32,000 bases of DNA from a cyanobacterium endosymbiont of Epithemia turgida isolate EtSB Lake Yunoko (GCF_000829235.1 NZ_AP012549.1:2280001-2312000); one strand, 5' to 3'; shown: positions 19,724 to 30,341, counted from the stretch's first letter. Notes: a model not told the origin generated them from the letters alone. A program made the numbers and translations.

Positions 19724-20153
19724 GTCTACTAAGAAATTTGGTAATTTAGATTCATTAATAAAAATAGACCTTTCACATTGTTTAAATTTTTGCTGTTAAA
19801 ACTTTTAAATATTATCGAATATAACTTATAGGATCAAATAATAAGCTATTCGATATACTTTTTTAAAAAAAGAAATGCCGCTCCAATTCTTATTAAGTTT
19901 AAATTGAAAAAATTAGAATATATAATTATTTTTGTACATTCTATTAGTAATAATAGCATTAGTCTGCGCAGTTAATAACTTTTAAAAACATTTATGAAAC
20001 TATCATTTTGTTATTGTATAGTGATTGTAAAAGTTACTTTAGAATTTATGAGATTTTTCTTTACCCTAATTCTGAACATGGTTTTTTGAAATATCAACAG
20101 TAATGCCATTATTAAGACCTAATGAAATAAGATTCATTCTCAAAGATACAATT

Positions 20154-20195
20154 TCGCTTACACGAAAGGATTTGCTTCTCCTTTCGTGTAAGCGA
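20154..20195. terminator. Hairpin with 17-bp perfect GC-containing stem and 8-nt loop, 46 nt downstream of the ndk stop
   Basis: tcgcttacacgaaagga (20154-20170) is the exact reverse complement of tcctttcgtgtaagcga (20179-20195). A T-run (tttta) follows on the plus strand only. On the ndk-sense strand the trailing sequence is aaattgtatcttt. Confidence 0.55.
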
Positions 20196-20240
20196 TTTTA
20201 TTATAAATCAATTAAAAACAGGGGTAAACATATTCTTCAA

Positions 20241-20690
20241 CTACTCATGTAACCAAGGTGTCATAGTCGGTTCCCAACTTCCCAATTCCTTCTTACTAAA
20301 CCAGAGACTAATTTCTTTCTGAGCAGTTTCAATAGCATCAGAACCATGAATCATATTACGTTCAATACTCATTCCATAATTACCCCTAATGGTTCCTGGC
20401 GCAGCCGTTAGGGGGTTTGTTGCTCCAATAACAGTTCTAGCAGAAGCTACTACCCCTTTTCCTTGCCACACCATGGCTACTACTGGCGAAGAACAGATAA
20501 ATTCTACTAAACTGCTAAAAAAAGGTCGTTCTTTGTGAACATCATAATGTTCTTCAGCTAATTCCTTAGAGACTTGCACAAGTTTGAGTCCTACAAGGGT
20601 AAAGCCTTTAGCTTCAAAACGACTGATGACTTCGCCAATTAAGCCACGTTGTACTCCATCGGGTTTGACCATAACAAATGTCTGTTCCAA
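20241..20690 (-). CDS. ndk: Nucleoside diphosphate kinase
   Basis: The NDK core has [14 protein letters not shown] and the active-site motif NMIHGSD. I place the start at TTG 20690, which gives [12 protein letters not shown] and 149 aa, the usual NDK length. AAGGAG lies 6 nt upstream on the coding strand. The ORF-track start at 20765 adds 25 non-conserved residues. Confidence 0.9.
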   Translation of the reverse strand: MEQTFVMVKPDGVQRGLIGEVISRFEAKGFTLVGLKLVQVSKELAEEHYDVHKERPFFSSLVEFICSSPVVAMVWQGKGVVASARTVIGATNPLTAAPGTIRGNYGMSIERNMIHGSDAIETAQKEISLWFSKKELGSWEPTMTPWLHE

Positions 20691-20812
20691 GGTTAACTCC
20701 TTTTTGCTTACCTGATTAAGAATGTCTGTAAAACACCTAACTAGTTTACCTTTGTGGGTTAACAACGATCAATAATGGATAAAACTATCTTTTTAAACAG
20801 GAGTTATCCTTA

Positions 20813-21433
20813 GTGTCCTTAAACGCTATTTTCATCGCGCCTACTGGTGGAAAAATTCCCCAGTCTCTTTTAATTATGTTGCATGGTTGGGGGGCTCATG
20901 CCGAAGATTTAGCTCCCTTAGCTTCAATGCTATCTTTAGGGGATTGTCAGATTATTTTCCCAAATGCACCCTTCCCCCACCCTGAAGTTTCCGGAGGACG
21001 AGCTTGGTACGTTCTAAAAACCCTAGACTATCAGGGATTATCTCAAAGTCAGAATCTTTTACAAAATTGGTTATTTTCTTTAGAAAATCAGACGGGAGTT
21101 CCTTTATCTCGGACAGTTCTTGCCGGCTTTTCTCAAGGGGGTGCAATGTCTCTTGATGTCGGTTTAAAATTACCTCTTGCTGGTATTTGTAGTTTAAGTG
21201 GCTATTTACATTTTCAACCTCAGGCTACCCAATTTTCTTGTTCTCCTATTCTAATTACGCATGGGATACAAGACATGGTAGTTCCAATCCAAGCTGCCCG
21301 TGAAGCTAAAGATGCTTTAACAGATATCGGTGCAATGGTTGAATACCATGAACTTAATGGAGGTCATGAAATTTCTTCCACTACTCTGGCTATTCTCCAA
21401 CAATTCATTCAAAAAATTGTTAAATTAATTTAA
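20813..21433 (+). CDS. Alpha/beta hydrolase, phospholipase/carboxylesterase family
   Basis: 206 aa with a GTG start preceded by aggag. It has the nucleophile elbow GFSQGG, plus downstream Asp (HGIQDMVVP) and His (GGHEI) consistent with a Ser-Asp-His triad. Confidence 0.8.
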   Translation: MSLNAIFIAPTGGKIPQSLLIMLHGWGAHAEDLAPLASMLSLGDCQIIFPNAPFPHPEVSGGRAWYVLKTLDYQGLSQSQNLLQNWLFSLENQTGVPLSRTVLAGFSQGGAMSLDVGLKLPLAGICSLSGYLHFQPQATQFSCSPILITHGIQDMVVPIQAAREAKDALTDIGAMVEYHELNGGHEISSTTLAILQQFIQKIVKLI

Positions 21434-21742
21434 TTTATAAAACTCTATCTAGTCATAAAATCTATTTTTAATAAATAAAAAAATAAATATTAAATATTAA
21501 AAATAACTCAATAAATATTAGATTTTTTTATATAAAAGTTATAATAGCAGAGTCAAGAACTATCTATTTAAATTCAGGTTATATTTGCTTTTAATTGACA
21601 CTAATATTTTCAGCAAATCATACACAATTGATAAAATATCCTACATTTAGGTTCTACTGTTATTGGCTTCAATCTGTTTCTCAATAAGAGTGATATGATT
21701 AACAATTACTTTGTAATCACCTTCTCCAATAGCTGGGACGTC

Positions 21743-21768
21743 ATTAATCCTATTGATTAATCCTATCC
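21743..21768. repeat. Tandem duplication of a 13-bp unit (11 of 13 identical) inside a relic ORF
   Basis: attaatcctat occurs at 21743-21753 and again at 21756-21766, a period of 13. It lies within a start-less 40-codon minus-strand ORF fragment (21647-21769). Confidence 0.8.
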
Positions 21769-22039
21769 CTCAATCGTTAGCTATAAGTTTTTTAGCAATG
21801 ATATGATACATAAAAAATTTGTTTTAGTAATTATTCATGTTCAGAGTGAAGTAATTTACTATCAATAGTTTTTTATAGTAAATACCAAAAAATTGATCTT
21901 TTAGGGCAAAAATAGTATTATGTTTAATTTTTAAAGGCTTACTGTTAAATTTAGTGATTTATTATATCAATAATGCTATTTTTGCTGTTGCTTATATCAT
22001 CTCTAGCAAAGACTATTTTAAATTAAAAATAAAACTATT

Positions 22040-22081
22040 TAGCAATTTAATTAGCTAAAACTTTAGCTAATTAAATTGCTA
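22040..22081. repeat. 42-nt near-perfect palindrome with 20-bp arms and a 2-nt centre
   Basis: tagcaatttaattagctaaa (22040-22059) is the exact reverse complement of tttagctaattaaattgcta (22062-22081). Confidence 0.9.
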
Positions 22082-22412
22082 TCAATACCTAATTACCTAT
22101 TTAAAACTATCAAGATTAAATATTGTTATTAACAGACAAAATAAGTTAAGTTTAAAAACTTAAATTAAAAGAAAATTATTTTTATATAAAACCATTATTG
22201 CTATGATTATTTACTTATTTTTTGATAAATTTTTGAGCATGTTGAAGTTAATCACATTAACACATCTAAACTATTTGTAATTTTGAATCTTTTTTTATAT
22301 CATTTTGTAGTTTAACTTTATTCAAATATTTGAAAACTATATATTAAAAAATATTTTTTTAAATAATTAAAAGTTATATTTACACTATTTATTAGTAGTA
22401 AATTAAAAAGTG

Positions 22413-22462
22413 TATTTAGTCAAATATCTAACCTATAAATAGGTTAGATATTTGACTAAATA
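22413..22462. repeat. 50-nt near-perfect palindrome with 24-bp arms and a 2-nt centre
   Basis: tatttagtcaaatatctaacctat (22413-22436) is the exact reverse complement of ataggttagatatttgactaaata (22439-22462). Confidence 0.9.
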
Positions 22463-22657
22463 GGAGATAAAAAACTTAATAATTTAAGTTTAAAATATAT
22501 TTTTTATTCCACAGATAAAACTAGCTTATATTGGTAAATATTTATGATTATCTTTACTATTTTTACAATTTATGTAAAAATTAAATATTATGATAACAAT
22601 ATTATTTTTTACAATTTGAATAAAAAGCTAATTGTATATTTTATTTAAATTAATTAA

Positions 22658-22705
22658 TTTATACTCATTTAGTAGTTTGTAACAAAATTAATAAATGAGT
22701 ATAAA
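22658..22705. repeat. Inverted repeat with 14-bp perfect stem and 20-nt loop
   Basis: tttatactcattta (22658-22671) is the exact reverse complement of taaatgagtataaa (22692-22705). Confidence 0.8.
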
Positions 22706-23095
22706 AATAAGAAAAAATTAAATAAATGTCTTGATCACTATTCTTTACATAAATTTTAAATATTTGGCTACCGATTACACTAAAATAAATTTGTTTAGCA
22801 GGTAAACTAGCAATATTTTAAATAGGAGTTAAAGACTGGTAAGAATAAGTCACTTATTAAATAATTTATGGAGTCTCAGGAGTATGATTAGCAGCTATTA
22901 TTATTTTCTACTTTTTTAGTTTAAATATATGAAGTAAAATATTCCAAACTGATTTTATCTTTAGAAAAAATTGTTTTTATAAAAAAGTTAGATTAAATAT
23001 CGAGGTTATTATATTTTGAGGAATAAAATCTAATTTTAGATAATTTTTACTAAAAAACTTATGATAACAATTTTTGTGATGATTAAACCTATGAC

Positions 23096-23134
23096 AATAC
23101 AAAGGTTTCTCTCTTTGGGAAAAACCTTTGTATT
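23096..23134. repeat. Inverted repeat with 13-bp perfect stem and 13-nt loop
   Basis: aatacaaaggttt (23096-23108) is the exact reverse complement of aaacctttgtatt (23122-23134). Confidence 0.8.
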
Positions 23135-23333
23135 TGGAGACAGACAGCAGTCACAAATTAAGTGGAGATTAAAATACATTGGAATCGTTTCTTCTTCTCA
23201 CTAATAGTTTAAGTTGTTGCCTTTTTACACTAAGTATTAACGGTGTATTCAATCCCAGGCAACATCTTTTATTATATTTCTTTTTAACAGTTTTATGTTA
23301 CCTCATGATTATTATTGGCAATTTCAAAGTGAT

Positions 23334-23376
23334 AACTAATTAACACGTCTTCTGTTATAAGACGTGTTAATTAGTT
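23334..23376. repeat. Inverted repeat with 18-bp perfect stem and 7-nt loop
   Basis: aactaattaacacgtctt (23334-23351) is the exact reverse complement of aagacgtgttaattagtt (23359-23376). Confidence 0.9.
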
Positions 23377-23803
23377 CCTATGTATAAATAGTCAACAAAA
23401 ATAAATAATTTAAATTTTGTGGGTTAGCTTATGGTTAAAGTAAGCCATTTTTCTTAATAAATCTTTAATTCCCTACATTGTTTAAAAACAAAATCGTTAT
23501 TTCAATTATTTTGTTCAGCTTAATTTTATAAATTAAACTGAAATTAGTAGGATAGATTAAACATCTCTAGATTAGAAAATACAGACTAAAGACTTGTTAA
23601 TTATAATTGAATAAATTATATCAGCTTGCTATAGATAGACCTGCAGCGCTTTTCTAAAAGAGTAGATGAAACAATCGTAGTATGTTACGACTAACAATGT
23701 AGTCGCTATTGAATTTGAATCTTTTAGAGTTTAAGAAATGACCGTTTATATCTAGTACCACTCAAGGGGAAAACTCAGAATTTAAAATGGTTCTGTCCTG
23801 ACT

Positions 23804-23845
23804 TGAATCCTAGATTAAGCTCCCAAGAGCTTAATCTAGGATTCA
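23804..23845. repeat. Inverted repeat with 19-bp perfect stem and 4-nt loop, about 285 nt upstream of groES
   Basis: tgaatcctagattaagctc (23804-23822) is the exact reverse complement of gagcttaatctaggattca (23827-23845). It is followed on the plus strand by ctgtgtttgagc. Confidence 0.9.
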
Positions 23846-23986
23846 CTGTGTTTGAGCAAATTTATATTTAAAATAGTAACAATAAAAAATTTTTAGCTAA
23901 AAATGACAATATATACGAATAACTTAGCTCCCCACAATGTTTATCACGACAATACACGATAGTTAATTAAGCATCTTTTTGTACCA

Positions 23987-24002
23987 GTTCGGGAACCCGT
24001 AC
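23987..24002 (+). promoter_or_regulatory. K-box-like element upstream of the groESL promoter
   Basis: GTTCGG-GAAC-CCGTAC fits the cyanobacterial groE K-box consensus GTTCGG-NNAN-CCNNAC as I recall it from the Kojima and Nakamoto work. It lies 12 nt upstream of the putative -35. Confidence 0.6.
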
Positions 24003-24013
24003 ACAACCACCTG

Positions 24014-24043
24014 TTGCCACGTTCACCTATATTTCGCTAGATT
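24014..24043 (+). promoter_or_regulatory. Candidate groESL promoter
   Basis: TTGCCA (24014-19), an 18-nt spacer, then TAGATT (24038-43). The -10 abuts or overlaps the left arm of CIRCE, as is typical for HrcA-controlled promoters. Confidence 0.4.
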
Positions 24044-24068
24044 AGCACTCATGAGGTGAGAGTGCTAA
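24042..24068 (+). promoter_or_regulatory. CIRCE operator (HrcA binding site)
   Basis: TTAGCACTC-N9-GAGTGCTAA is a perfect match to the CIRCE consensus. It ends 62 nt upstream of the groES ATG. Confidence 0.95.
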
Positions 24069-24129
24069 TTTTTGACACACATCACCTTCTAAGATTTAAC
24101 CTTGAATCAACATCCTAGAGGATTTATAC

Positions 24130-24441
24130 ATGGCAGCAATCAGTATCAACGTTTCAACCGTTAAACCCCTTGGTGATCGCGTGTTTGTCAAGGTCAGTGC
24201 ATCTGAGGAAAAGACAGCCGGAGGCATCTTACTTCCCGAAACCGCTAAAGAGAAGCCCCAAATTGGTGAAATCGTCGCCGTTGGACCTGGTAAACGTAAT
24301 GATGATGGTAGCCGTTCTGAAATTGAAGTCAAAGTAGGCGACCAGGTTCTTTACTCCAAATATGCTGGAACTGACATTAAACTCGGTGGCAAAGATTATG
24401 TCTTGTTATCTGAGAAGGATATCTTAGCAGCAGTTGCCTAA
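24130..24441 (+). CDS. groES: Co-chaperonin GroES
   Basis: 103 aa with [12 protein letters not shown], the mobile loop [11 protein letters not shown], and [10 protein letters not shown]. Confidence 0.97.
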   Translation: MAAISINVSTVKPLGDRVFVKVSASEEKTAGGILLPETAKEKPQIGEIVAVGPGKRNDDGSRSEIEVKVGDQVLYSKYAGTDIKLGGKDYVLLSEKDILAAVA

Positions 24442-24538
24442 GCTTGAAACAAGGGTAATTTATTTCCCGTTGATTCATTAGAAAAGTCAATTAGGGTAGG
24501 CAAGATAGAAGCTACTTGTAGCTATACACAAAGATTGA

Positions 24539-26215
<1,677 letters not shown>

Positions 26216-26242
26216 GTTCAGATTTGTTAGATATTTTTAGTC

Positions 26243-26270
26243 GGGTGGGTGTTTCCCACCTTTCTTATTT
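26243..26270 (+). terminator. Rho-independent terminator of groESL
   Basis: Stem ggtggg (26244-49) pairs with cccacc (26255-60) around a 5-nt loop, with a possible extra G-T pair, and is followed by tttcttattt. It starts 28 nt after the groEL stop. Confidence 0.7.
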
Positions 26271-27262
26271 ATACTCACCTACTTGTTGAGCTGTTGTAAA
26301 TTTGGAGACTTTAATAAAGATTCTATCCCAAGTTTTAATTGACGTACCTCTATCCTTAGAGATTCTGTCATATCCTAACTGACTTTTCTAATCTAATAAA
26401 CATAAGTTCAACAAAACTTAAAAACATGGTTGTCATTCTTAAATATTTAAGTCAGAATTAAAAGAGATTAACGATTATCTAAAATAGTAACTATGAACAA
26501 TTGGGAGTTTAATAATTGGCTATTTTAAAACCACTAGAAGACGAGATAGATATACTTCCCTAATTTCCCATAAAAACTCAGTGTGCCACATTGTGAGTAT
26601 GATGACAGACTTCTATCGGAGTGGAGTTATCAAACTAATTCTTATAATTTATACCTTACAGGTCTGTAAAAAACAATATATTAACATCATTACCGAGAGC
26701 ATAAGCTCCACAAAACGATTATATTTCACTAGAGTAGGAAGTTTTTTTTTATAATAAGGAAGGACTTATGACTTATTTGATTATTTAGATGTATTTAATT
26801 ATTGAAGAGTTCAATATTATAACCCATAAAAAGTGATTACGGGAGTCATCGCTCCACCTGTTATAAAACACAAATGATATCCTTTTTTTGAATAAATACT
26901 ATAAGTTGATGAGAAGCAGAATAACAATATTTTCAAATCTCTGGTAGAAGTGATTTAGGTTAGATGATACTTCAGTCAGATCAAGATGGGATTTCGTATC
27001 CATAGTACCAGAAATTTATAAAATAAGGCTTCTAGTATAAAACTGCTACTTTCCTTTATCTCCACTTTTTTTGCACTAACGTCAATAGAGTCTCTCACTT
27101 AAATTTATTTTTATAACGTCATAATTTTCTGGTTATTTTTATTAGTAGTAAAATTATCAAAGCGAAATAAAATAATAAATAATATGAATATGTAAAACTA
27201 TAGAATAGTTTTCACTTTCTCTTCTGTTAAGGAAAATACTTATAGACACAAAGCAAAAACTA

Positions 27263-28402
27263 TCACTGAGTAAACCGACAATAAGCTAACTTGGAAGCTA
27301 ATTTAATGGCTGTTTTCATACTTGTAGCTCTAGCAATTCCTTTACCTGCAATATCAAAAGCAGTTCCATGATCGGGGGAAGTCCGAATAAATGGTAATCC
27401 AATAGTAGTATTAATAGCTTGGTCAAAAGCCATTAATTTAACGGGGATTAACCCTTGATCATGGTATAGTGCCAAATAACCATCTCCTAATTCTTTCATT
27501 TTTAAAATTGAGCAATGACCTGAAGTATTACTCGTTTGTATTAACTCTAATCGATTTCCATACCAAGCTTTTCCAGGTTTGACCCACATGGTATCAGGAG
27601 GCACTAACCCTATCAACTTAACATCTTTATGTTGCTTTTGTTGAGTCTCTAACCAAGAGAATAACCAGTCTTTTTCTTCGGTTCCTAACTGTCCTTGTTC
27701 CCCGCTATGCGGATTCAATCCGGAAATAACAATCTTAGGGTTTTTAATAGCAAAATCTTGTTGTAAACAGTTGATTAATAATTCTAATTTTAAGGTCATT
27801 AATTCAGGCGTTAAAGTAGCGGAAACTTGGCATAAAGGAATATGAGTAGTGGCTAATAAAGTTCGCAATGTCCACCCTGTATAGGGTGATCGTGCGATGA
27901 ATAGCATCCCAAACTTTTCTACACCTGCTTTTTTGGCTAATATCTCCGTTTGTCCAGGATAATTATGCCCCGCCGCATTCCAACAAGACTTAGCAATAGG
28001 CGCGGTCACAATACCTTGGAACTCACCTTTTATGGTGCGGTCAGTAGCCGCCTCTAAATAAGCAAAACTTGCCCTACCACTAGCTTGATTTCCCTGTCCT
28101 AGTATTATCTGGGATAATATTGTCTTATCGAGCGGAATATCCACCACAGACAAAGACTCAGGATTAGCTAATGACTCCCCAGTAGCCTGCAATACTTGAT
28201 AAGTATTTTGTAATATAGACCGCGTTCCAAAAACTGTTAAACGACAACTTTCAGTGATTGAAGGATCGGCTAAGGCTTTTAGGATAACTTCTGCCCCAAT
28301 TCCTCCAGGGTCACCCATGGTCACCGCTAAATGAAGACATTGGGAGTTAGGTTTGCTGATAATTTTATCAGTTAATGGATCTGTCAAGTTAAAAGGTTGC
28401 AT
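27263..28402 (-). CDS. pdxA: 4-hydroxythreonine-4-phosphate dehydrogenase
   Basis: 379 aa with [27 protein letters not shown] and [12 protein letters not shown]. It is longer than the PdxA proteins I recall. About 25 residues precede the conserved GDPxGIG block, so the true start is uncertain. Confidence 0.88.
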   Translation of the reverse strand: MQPFNLTDPLTDKIISKPNSQCLHLAVTMGDPGGIGAEVILKALADPSITESCRLTVFGTRSILQNTYQVLQATGESLANPESLSVVDIPLDKTILSQIILGQGNQASGRASFAYLEAATDRTIKGEFQGIVTAPIAKSCWNAAGHNYPGQTEILAKKAGVEKFGMLFIARSPYTGWTLRTLLATTHIPLCQVSATLTPELMTLKLELLINCLQQDFAIKNPKIVISGLNPHSGEQGQLGTEEKDWLFSWLETQQKQHKDVKLIGLVPPDTMWVKPGKAWYGNRLELIQTSNTSGHCSILKMKELGDGYLALYHDQGLIPVKLMAFDQAINTTIGLPFIRTSPDHGTAFDIAGKGIARATSMKTAIKLASKLAYCRFTQ

Positions 28403-28586
28403 CTGACAATATCGCCTTAATGTTTTAGAATAATATTGATGGATAAGTCAATTTCAGCTTAACGTTTGTAAGCATTTTTATCTGCTAATTATGTTCAACT
28501 AAACTGAAACTAGGGGACTTATTGGTAGTTAAAATAATAACAAAAATTGATATTTATCGATTCATTAAGGTTAAGGAGGAATTAGA

Positions 28587-28700
28587 ATGAGTGCAGAAAG
28601 TATGATGTTCAACGGAGCAATTCTATGTATTGTTATCGTGTTAGTTGGTTTAGCTTGGGGGTTCCTTCTTCTTAAGATTCAGGGAGGAGGGACTGAATAA
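28587..28700 (+). CDS. petM: Cytochrome b6-f complex subunit 7 (PetM)
   Basis: A 37-codon ORF below the ORF-track length cutoff: [37 protein letters not shown]. It closely resembles the Synechocystis PetM I recall ([36 protein letters not shown]). A strong SD, aaggagg, ends 7 nt upstream of the ATG. Confidence 0.85.
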   Translation: MSAESMMFNGAILCIVIVLVGLAWGFLLLKIQGGGTE

Positions 28701-29207
28701 TTTAAAGTTTTTACTTGGGGATAAGAAAACAGATATTTTTATTATCCCTCATCTCTATAAGTTTTAAGAAACAGGTTTTATAGTCCATCATTGATGAGTA
28801 ATAATTGCTCCGATTAGCGATCTAATAGAATAGAGTTTTTTGTCGGGATTCAAGAATGTCGATCTACGCCATGGTAAAGAGAAAATTATCCGTAGTATTC
28901 TGATACTACTTGAAAATCTAAAATATCTAGAATAATTCAGTAATTTTAGGGAATAAATGGGAATAAACTTATGGATATTTACGCTTGATTAACTCTAAAA
29001 ATTTAATTCAAAATTTAGCTTTTCTCCCTTAAAGTCGTTTGGGAGAGGAATAAAGCAAATGAGTTACAACGAATTAAGTGTGTATTTTCAATTGAACAAG
29101 ATGATCATCGGGAATATGAAATATTTCTATGCATAAGTTAATAGTATTAGTGATAAAGATACTCCAAATTAGTTAGAAATTCAGTTATTTTATTACCTGT
29201 TCTTTTT

Positions 29208-30131
29208 ATGAAAATTGCCATTGCCGGAGCTACTGGATTTGTTGGTAGTCGATTAGTTAAAAAATTAAAAAATGATGGACATCAGTTGTTGATTTTTACT
29301 CGTAATGCTAATCGCGCTAAACAACTGTATCCTACTTCTCGGTTTCCTAATTTAGAGATTATTTCTTATCAACCAATGGAATCAGGAGATTGGCAAAAAG
29401 CCGTTTCTGGTTGTGACGGAGTAGTAAATTTGGCAGGGGAAACTATCGCGAAACGGTGGACCTCAAAAAATAGAAAAGCTATTCTAGAAAGTCGTCAGTT
29501 AGGAACCCGAAAAATTGTCGAAGCTATTGCTCAAGCAGAGACTAAATCATCGGTTCTAGTGAATGCCTCAGCTGTTGGTTATTATGGAACCAGTGAAATA
29601 GATATCTTCGATGAAGATAGTGACCCTGGAGATGATTTTTTATCTCAAGTCTGTCAAGTATGGGAGAAAGAAGCTAACGAGGTAAAACAAGCAGGTGTTC
29701 GCTTAGTTATCTTGCGTCTGGGTATTGTTTTGGGTAATGGAGGAGCATTAGCAAAAATAATTCCTCCATTCAAATTGTTTGTAGGAGGACCATTAGGAGA
29801 GGGACATCAATGGTTTTCATGGATTCATCTGGATGATTTAGTTGATTTAATCATTGAGTCCCTTGAGCGCAATGATGTTGAAGGAGCATTCAATGCTACT
29901 TCTCCTCATCCTGTTCGTATGAGTAAACTGTGTGAGATTTTAGGGGAAATTATGAATCGCCCCTCTTGGTTACCTGTTCCAGATTTTGTTTTAGAATTCT
30001 TATTAGGAGACGCGTCAAAATTGGTGTTAGAAGGCCAGCAAGTTTTACCTAAAAAAACTCAATCTATAGGGTTTGAGTATCAATATCCAAATTTGAAAAA
30101 AGCCTTAATGGATATCCTGCCTCGAGTTTAA
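29208..30131 (+). CDS. SDR-family NAD-dependent epimerase/dehydratase, TIGR01777 / DUF1731-type
   Basis: 307 aa with the N-terminal Rossmann motif GATGFVGSRL. The length and C-terminal region (RPSWLPVPDFVLEFLLGD ... GQQVLPKK) are typical of the YfcH-like family as I recall it. Confidence 0.8.
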   Translation: MKIAIAGATGFVGSRLVKKLKNDGHQLLIFTRNANRAKQLYPTSRFPNLEIISYQPMESGDWQKAVSGCDGVVNLAGETIAKRWTSKNRKAILESRQLGTRKIVEAIAQAETKSSVLVNASAVGYYGTSEIDIFDEDSDPGDDFLSQVCQVWEKEANEVKQAGVRLVILRLGIVLGNGGALAKIIPPFKLFVGGPLGEGHQWFSWIHLDDLVDLIIESLERNDVEGAFNATSPHPVRMSKLCEILGEIMNRPSWLPVPDFVLEFLLGDASKLVLEGQQVLPKKTQSIGFEYQYPNLKKALMDILPRV

Positions 30132-30229
30132 CTAAAGTCAATAAGTATGAAAAAATAAAAACCCTTTAAAAGTAAAAAAAAGTAGCAGCTTATCTTTTGA
30201 TATTAAACATAAAGGTGATTAACTGTTTT

Positions 30230-30263
30230 TTATGTAATAAAATTACATAATTTTATTACATAA
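30230..30263. repeat. 34-nt near-perfect palindrome with 16-bp arms and a 2-nt centre, between the epimerase gene and coaX
   Basis: ttatgtaataaaatta (30230-30245) is the exact reverse complement of taattttattacataa (30248-30263). It is almost pure A/T. Confidence 0.85.
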
Positions 30264-30341
30264 TCCATTGTTGAGGTAAGGGTATAACCCGCTGAATGAT
30301 GGAATACTGAAAGGTTTGATCATCTAGTATTTAGTGGTAAT

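Noticed and set aside
22388-22402. 15-nt exact match (tttattagtagtaaa) between 22388-22402 and 27138-27152, considered as a dispersed repeat.
   Set aside because: My rough estimate is that about two exact 15-mers are expected between spacer positions of this composition, and the flanks do not extend the match.
22505-22513. DnaA-box-like tattccaca in the largest AT-rich region, considered as a possible oriC.
   Set aside because: It is a single one-mismatch box with no cluster of boxes, and neither dnaA nor dnaN lies nearby. AT-richness here is genome-wide spacer composition, not an unwinding element.
23216-23263. Possible small-RNA terminator: gttgcc...ggcaac 6-bp outer stem with an inner tacac/gtgta stem, followed by atctttt.
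   Set aside because: The stems are short, the enclosed loop is long (36 nt), and no promoter or conservation evidence is available. It is not distinguishable from chance.
29059-29136. 25-codon ORF (MSYNELSVYFQLNKMIIGNMKYFYA) preceded by gggagagga, a candidate micro-protein upstream of the epimerase gene.
   Set aside because: I recognise no homology, and ORFs of this length are expected by chance. The SD-like motif also forms one arm of a small hairpin (tctccc...gggaga). It is worth a tBLASTn check but not callable.
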